64,000 nucleotides of DNA from Methanoregula sp. UBA154. Its GTDB lineage: Archaea; Halobacteriota; Methanomicrobia; Methanomicrobiales; Methanospirillaceae. The translations under genes were made by a program, and so were the position numbers. The stretch covers positions 39,105-103,104 of the forward strand of contig DAPW01000017.1 of assembly GCA_002502245.1 (NCBI GenBank), read 5' to 3'. Shown here in pieces: positions 58,850 through 64,000 of the stretch (position 1 is the stretch's first letter; each line of letters begins with the position of its first letter). Below the pieces are notes generated by a model. It saw nothing but the letters and a program-made list of their open reading frames with translations. It did no database searches and was not told the DNA's origin.

Positions 58850-59764
58850 ATGTTTGAGAGCGTTCTCGTACCTGTTGACTTTTCGGAAAATTCCCGCGCT
58901 GCGCTCAGTTCAGTGAAGGATATCCCCGGCGTCCGAAAGATCGTCCTGCTTCATGTTATCTATAACCGCTATCCTTCCCGCGATAAGTCCGTTGTCGATC
59001 CGGCTGTCAGGAAGGCGGGGGAGGCCCTTGATGAGATGAAAACTCTCATTGCATTACCCGGCGTCACGGTTACACCCGTTGTCAGGGAGATATCGGGGGG
59101 CGAGATTTCAGATACCATCAACCGGGTTGCCCGGGAACTGGATATCTCCGTTATTGTCATGAGTCGCAGGGGAGAAGGGATCATCGGGACACTGCTGCTT
59201 GGCAGCGTTGCCTCGGACCTGGTCCGCTATGGAGAACGTGATCTGCTCCTGCTCCCGCCTTCAGGGATCGCTGGAATGAACCGCGGCAACATTCAGGCTG
59301 CCGTACTCCCTGCCACAACTCCTTCGGGATTATTCGATCGGGTGATGGTCTGTACAGACTTCTCCGATCCTGAGATCGCGATGTTATGCCTCGGATTCCT
59401 GCCATGGATTGGCAGGGCTTCACTCTTCCATGCGGTAACGAGCGGTAGTTCTGCTGAAGAGATCAACGAGGGGGTCGTTCAGGCAACCGCACGGCTCGGG
59501 GAGCTCCAGGCTGCCTTTGTCCGCCACGGGATCATGGCCGATTCAAAGGTTGTTGTAGGGAGTGCTGCTGAGGAGATCCTTGCATTCTCAGAACAAGAAG
59601 ACCTATCACTCATTCTCCTCAAATCCCTGGGGAAAAAAAGTCTTATTAACAGCCTTATTGGCAGCACATCCGCCCCCGTAGCCCGCAATGCCAGAAAGCC
59701 GGTCCTGATCCTGAAACCACCGTTCGGGTCAGCAAAAGACGAGCGGCGGTCCCGCAATGAGTAA
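58850..59764 (+). CDS. Universal stress protein (tandem USP domains)
   Basis: LVPVDFS, LLGSVA, VCTDFS and LIGSTS. Confidence 0.9.
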   Translation: MFESVLVPVDFSENSRAALSSVKDIPGVRKIVLLHVIYNRYPSRDKSVVDPAVRKAGEALDEMKTLIALPGVTVTPVVREISGGEISDTINRVARELDISVIVMSRRGEGIIGTLLLGSVASDLVRYGERDLLLLPPSGIAGMNRGNIQAAVLPATTPSGLFDRVMVCTDFSDPEIAMLCLGFLPWIGRASLFHAVTSGSSAEEINEGVVQATARLGELQAAFVRHGIMADSKVVVGSAAEEILAFSEQEDLSLILLKSLGKKSLINSLIGSTSAPVARNARKPVLILKPPFGSAKDERRSRNE

Positions 59765-59839
59765 GCAGTGCGGCCAGCCCGAGAAGATGCCAGGGTGCAT
59801 CCCCTTAAATAACCGAAATACCATGTATCTTTCAGGAGC

Positions 59840-60742
59840 ATGGAGATGTTTGAAAAAGTACTGCTGCCAACGGATTTTTCAGCTGACTCGCAGAGAGTCC
59901 TCGGGTACGTAGGGGATATACCCGGAGTCCGGGAGGTCATCATTCTCCACGTGTTTGATGCCACTCGCCCGTCGCGGCGGGGATGGGACCATAGCCCGCA
60001 GATCGAGAATGCAAAAATTCTTCTGGAAGAGAACCGGCTCGCGCTGGAGAAGGGCGGGATGAAAACAGAAGCCACAATCGAGACCATCGTCAACACGATC
60101 ACGCAGGGGGATGTCCCGCTCACTATCCTTGAAAAAGCTGATACGGAGAACATCTCGCTGATTATGATGGGCGCCCGGGGGAAGAACACGATCCAGAACA
60201 TCCTGCTGGGCAGCGTATCAGCGAACGTCATCCGCCATGCAAAGACCCCGGTACTTCTCATGCGGTTCCCACCAGGTTCCAACATGGGGGAGAAGCACCG
60301 GCATCTCTTCTCCCGAGTGCTGGTGCCGGTGGATTTCTCCGAACCGTCCCGATATGCACTCGCGCTCCTGAAGGATATCCCGACGACCGGGCATGTCATC
60401 CTCCTCCACGTTGTTGATATGGGGGAGTCCGAAGAGGAGATTCAGGCTGCGGTCCGGGAGGCCCGGGAAAGACTTGCGTTGATCCAGAAAGATCTCGCAA
60501 CTGCCGGTATCGCTGCAGAGGTTTTGGTTCATGTCGGGTACCCTCCCGACGAGATCAACGCGACCGCCGATCGAAGCGACGTCACGCTTATTCTGATGAG
60601 CCCGCAGGGTAAAGGCTGGACCCGGGAGCTCAGGGCGCTCTTCATCGGCAGCACTACGAACGCAGTCATCCGGAGAGCACACCGGCCGGTCCTGATAGCC
60701 GCAGGACAGTCCCCCGGCATGAAACCAGAGAGGGACGCATAA
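59840..60742 (+). CDS. Universal stress protein (tandem USP domains)
   Basis: LLPTDFS, MGARG..LLGSVS, VPVDFS and FIGSTT. Confidence 0.92.
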   Translation: MEMFEKVLLPTDFSADSQRVLGYVGDIPGVREVIILHVFDATRPSRRGWDHSPQIENAKILLEENRLALEKGGMKTEATIETIVNTITQGDVPLTILEKADTENISLIMMGARGKNTIQNILLGSVSANVIRHAKTPVLLMRFPPGSNMGEKHRHLFSRVLVPVDFSEPSRYALALLKDIPTTGHVILLHVVDMGESEEEIQAAVREARERLALIQKDLATAGIAAEVLVHVGYPPDEINATADRSDVTLILMSPQGKGWTRELRALFIGSTTNAVIRRAHRPVLIAAGQSPGMKPERDA

Positions 60743-60843
60743 CGTTCATCCACCAGCTAACCTCCACGTTCCTATCCGGGAGAAGGGACCGTTGAAAAAA
60801 CGGCCTGTATGCGGACACCCAAGCAAGCGGAGGAGAACAGACA

Positions 60844-62451
60844 ATGAACTCATGGGAACTGCTCTTCGCTGTTATTCCTGGTATTATCCTCTTCCTGTAC
60901 GGGATCGAGCAGTTCTCGCATGAGGTCCAGGTTGCCGGCGGGGAATATTTCCGGAACCTCATCCAGCGCCTGACCAAAACACCCATCAGGGGGACCGCTG
61001 CCGGCGCACTGGTGACCGCAGTTGTCCAGTCCAGCACGGCAACTACGGTTATCACCGTGGGACTCGTGAACGCAGGCGTTATCTCATTTATGGCATCGCT
61101 GGGAATCATCTTCGGTGCAAACCTCGGCAGCACGATGACCTCCCAGCTCGTGGCGCTGAACCTGACTGCTTTTGCACCCATTCTCATCCTTGCCGGGTTC
61201 CTCATCAGCATCATCGGTGGAAAATACCGGGTTTTCGGCAGGCCGATCTTCTATTTCGGCCTCGTCTTCTTCAGCCTCTCGCTGATCTCAACGGTCATGG
61301 TGCCCTACCGCACCGATCCGCAGCTGATCGAACTGATGGGCCTGATGGATACGGTCTTCCTCCAAATCGCATTCGGGTTCCTCATCACCAACATCTTTCA
61401 GTCCAGTTCCGTGACCACCGGGCTCGTTGTCGTGATGTCCCAAAACGACCTGATCACGCCAACGGTGGCCATCCCCATCCTGCTGGGAGCAAACCTTGGC
61501 ACACCAACCACCGCCCTGCTGGTGGCAACCAGGATGAACACCTCGGCAAGGAGAGTGGCTGTGGCGCATTTCCTCTTCAACTTCTTAGGCGTGCTCCTCT
61601 TCCTGCCCATTCTCGGACTATTCACCGCGTTCGTCCTGTCACTTGGCGGTGATCCGGCGCAGCAGGTGGCAAACGCCCACCTGCTCTTCAACCTCACCTG
61701 CTGCATCGTTTTTCTCATCCTGGTACATCCATTCGGGAGACTGGTGCAGAGACTGGTGCCCGGCCGGGAAGACGATATCGTCTTTGTTCCCCGCATCCTG
61801 CATGATCCACCTCCGGCAGCAACTCCGGAAGCATTCCATATGATCGAGCAGGAGATTGTACATATCCTTGAGCTCTCGCGGGAACTCCTTGCTGAATCCC
61901 GCCTTATGCTGGATAGTCCCGACAGAAAAAATCCCCGCATCCAGCAGCTCCGTAACTATGCCGGCTTTCTTGACAAACAGGTAAACGAAACCGCTCTCGT
62001 GATATCACAGCGGGACCTCAATGAAGATGATGCTGAGTACGTTGCCGGTATCGTCAGGGTATCCACGCTTGCAGATGTGCTTGCATCCCAGACCCGCGGG
62101 CTCTGCACGATCCTTGAACAGCTGGATGAGAAAGGTATCAGCATCACGCCGGAATCTGCCGGGGCGATCCGCCACTCCCTTGTTCCCTACGAGAAGAACC
62201 TTGAAGCACTCATTGCCGCGTTCCCCGCGATACCCGATGACGTCAATGAGGCAATGCGGGCGCAGGACGAGCACCTGCGGGACGAGATGACCGGCCAGTA
62301 CCTGCGATACCTTTCCCGACTCTCCTCCCACCAGAGTCCGGCAGGAAGTGATATTTCAAGGGCACTCTTCCAGGTGGAGGGCATGGCAGCGACCGTCCGG
62401 GAGATACGGAAATCGCTGCGGCGCCTGCAACGCGTGAATATGAGGCCCTGA
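60844..62451 (+). CDS. Na+/phosphate cotransporter family protein with PhoU-like C-terminus
   Basis: Two QSS(T/S) and GANLG repeats, AHFLFN and AHLLFN, and a helical cytoplasmic tail. Confidence 0.9.
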   Translation: MNSWELLFAVIPGIILFLYGIEQFSHEVQVAGGEYFRNLIQRLTKTPIRGTAAGALVTAVVQSSTATTVITVGLVNAGVISFMASLGIIFGANLGSTMTSQLVALNLTAFAPILILAGFLISIIGGKYRVFGRPIFYFGLVFFSLSLISTVMVPYRTDPQLIELMGLMDTVFLQIAFGFLITNIFQSSSVTTGLVVVMSQNDLITPTVAIPILLGANLGTPTTALLVATRMNTSARRVAVAHFLFNFLGVLLFLPILGLFTAFVLSLGGDPAQQVANAHLLFNLTCCIVFLILVHPFGRLVQRLVPGREDDIVFVPRILHDPPPAATPEAFHMIEQEIVHILELSRELLAESRLMLDSPDRKNPRIQQLRNYAGFLDKQVNETALVISQRDLNEDDAEYVAGIVRVSTLADVLASQTRGLCTILEQLDEKGISITPESAGAIRHSLVPYEKNLEALIAAFPAIPDDVNEAMRAQDEHLRDEMTGQYLRYLSRLSSHQSPAGSDISRALFQVEGMAATVREIRKSLRRLQRVNMRP

Positions 62452-62544
62452 CAGAGGATCGCTGCCTGATCCGCTCGCCGTTCCGGGGTTCGCCGGTAAC
62501 CGGCAATGATTTATACCCTGCCGTTCAGGATAAACTAGTGCCCT

Positions 62545-64000
62545 ATGGATCTGCCAACAGCCCCCCATGCACTTCCTGTTGAGGACGTCCGCAGCCTGCT
62601 TGAAACCGGGCCGGACGGCCTTTCGGATACCGAAGTTCAGAGACGTCTCGCGCTGTTTGGAAAGAACACCATCAAAGAAGAGAGATCCAGCCGGCTTATC
62701 ATATTCCTGCGGCAGTTCAACAGTATCCTTGTCTACATCCTCATCATAGCAGCGGTGATCGCGCTCCTTGTCTCCGATATCAAGGACTTTTTCATCATCA
62801 TCTTCATCATCGCGGTCAACAGCATCATCGGATTCTGGCAGGAAGTGAAAGCTGAGGCATCGCTTGACGCCCTGAAAAAACTGACCGAGAGTAAAGTTAC
62901 GGTCATCCGTGACCAGAATGAGCACATCATTTCCTCGGAAGAACTGGTGCCCGGCGATTGTGTTGTCCTGAACGAGGGGGATCTGGTCACGGCTGATATC
63001 CGGCTCTTTGCAACCTCATCGCTCACCATAGACGAGTCGTCCCTTACCGGGGAATCGCTGCCGGTGGTTAAAGACCATGCCGCACAGGTTGCACAGGACG
63101 CACCCCCCTATGACCTGAACAACAGCCTGCTCTCAGGGACCTCGGTCGTACGGGGATCCGGGTCGGGCTACGTGGTGGCAACGGGGAAAAAGACTTATTT
63201 TGCCGGGATTGCAGCGCTCGCGCAGGAGCGATCCCCAGACAGCCCGTTCACGAAAGCGATTGCCCATTTTTCAAAGCGGTATATCATCCTGCTTGTCGGA
63301 ATTTTTGCATTGGTCGGAACAATCGCATTCCTGCAGGGCCGGCCGCTTACGGAGATCGCCTATCTCCTTGTCGCCCAGATGGTCTCCGCAGTGCCCGAGG
63401 GGCTGCCCATTGTCGTGACGATCATCATGGTTGTCGGGGCCATGGCCCTTTCGAGAAAAAAGACCCTTGTCCGGTACCTCCCGGCAGTCGAGACGCTGGG
63501 CAGCGCCACCGTCATTGCGTCCGACAAGACCGGCACCATAACGGAGGGTATCCTTACCGTTCACGACGTTTTTGCACTCGACCGCGAGGGGCTCGAACTG
63601 GCAGCGGCCCTCTGCAATGATGCACGGGGCAATACGGGGGATCCCATCGATGTTGCACTTTCGCGGTGGGTATCCGGATATGAAGATATCCGGAAGCACA
63701 ATCCCCGCTACTGGGTGTACCCGTTCGATACCGTCAGGCGTCTCATGGCCACGGCAAACGTAGTGGGTAACGAGGAGCGGTTCTTTATCAAGGGTGCGTA
63801 CGAGGAACTGAAAAAGCACGCGGAGAATGCTGATAACCTCGTGGACCTTGAGCTGCAGATCGAGACGATGGCCGGGCGCGGGCTCCGGGTGCTTGCATTC
63901 GGCGCGGGCCGGTGGCAGGGTGAGGATCCGGCTGCGTGGATATTCTCCATTGTCGGGATAGTTGGTTTCATCGACCCGCCCAAGGAGAGTGCTGCTGAAG
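62545..64000 (+). CDS. Cation-transporting P-type ATPase (type II), truncated by the window end
   Basis: Manual translation from ATG 62545 shows in-frame LVPGD, DESSLTGES (63031), PEGLP, DKTGT (63523), KGA and DPP. Confidence 0.93.
   Translation, partial: MDLPTAPHALPVEDVRSLLETGPDGLSDTEVQRRLALFGKNTIKEERSSRLIIFLRQFNSILVYILIIAAVIALLVSDIKDFFIIIFIIAVNSIIGFWQEVKAEASLDALKKLTESKVTVIRDQNEHIISSEELVPGDCVVLNEGDLVTADIRLFATSSLTIDESSLTGESLPVVKDHAAQVAQDAPPYDLNNSLLSGTSVVRGSGSGYVVATGKKTYFAGIAALAQERSPDSPFTKAIAHFSKRYIILLVGIFALVGTIAFLQGRPLTEIAYLLVAQMVSAVPEGLPIVVTIIMVVGAMALSRKKTLVRYLPAVETLGSATVIASDKTGTITEGILTVHDVFALDREGLELAAALCNDARGNTGDPIDVALSRWVSGYEDIRKHNPRYWVYPFDTVRRLMATANVVGNEERFFIKGAYEELKKHAENADNLVDLELQIETMAGRGLRVLAFGAGRWQGEDPAAWIFSIVGIVGFIDPPKESAAE

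Overview
This is an archaeal chromosomal window, most likely from a Methanomicrobiales methanogen (Methanoregula-like). That assignment is inferred from archaeal TFB, S6e/S8e, SRP19, aIF5B, methanopterin genes (MptE, RFAP synthase), a class II LysRS and wHTH-PAS histidine kinases. Most of the window is housekeeping: ileS, thg1, infB, rps6e, rps8e, hypB, srp19, gar1, tfb, thiL, rio2, nadE, cupin-type pgi and lysS. It carries four tRNA genes: Lys-CTT, His-GTG, Ala-CGC and Ala-TGC. Two accessory patches (about 11.6-17.8 kb and 26.8-29.1 kb) contain several pseudogenes, and an ion/stress cluster sits at the right end. I found no CRISPR array, rRNA, transposase or integrase. The most notable observations are: (1) a non-coding composite element after ileS, made of a multi-hairpin GC-rich unit and a GATC-dense degenerate repeat array; (2) two tandem wHTH-PAS histidine kinases with no response regulator, the second with a degenerate ATP-binding site; (3) a catalytically degenerate Ncs6/TtuA paralog that may be Ctu2-like; (4) a tRNA-His without encoded G-1 together with a Thg1-like gene; (5) a chorismate-lyase-like/RFAP-synthase fusion; (6) an unannotated SemiSWEET gene with TAG at its PQ glutamine. 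All calls come from reading motifs by eye, and no database search was run.
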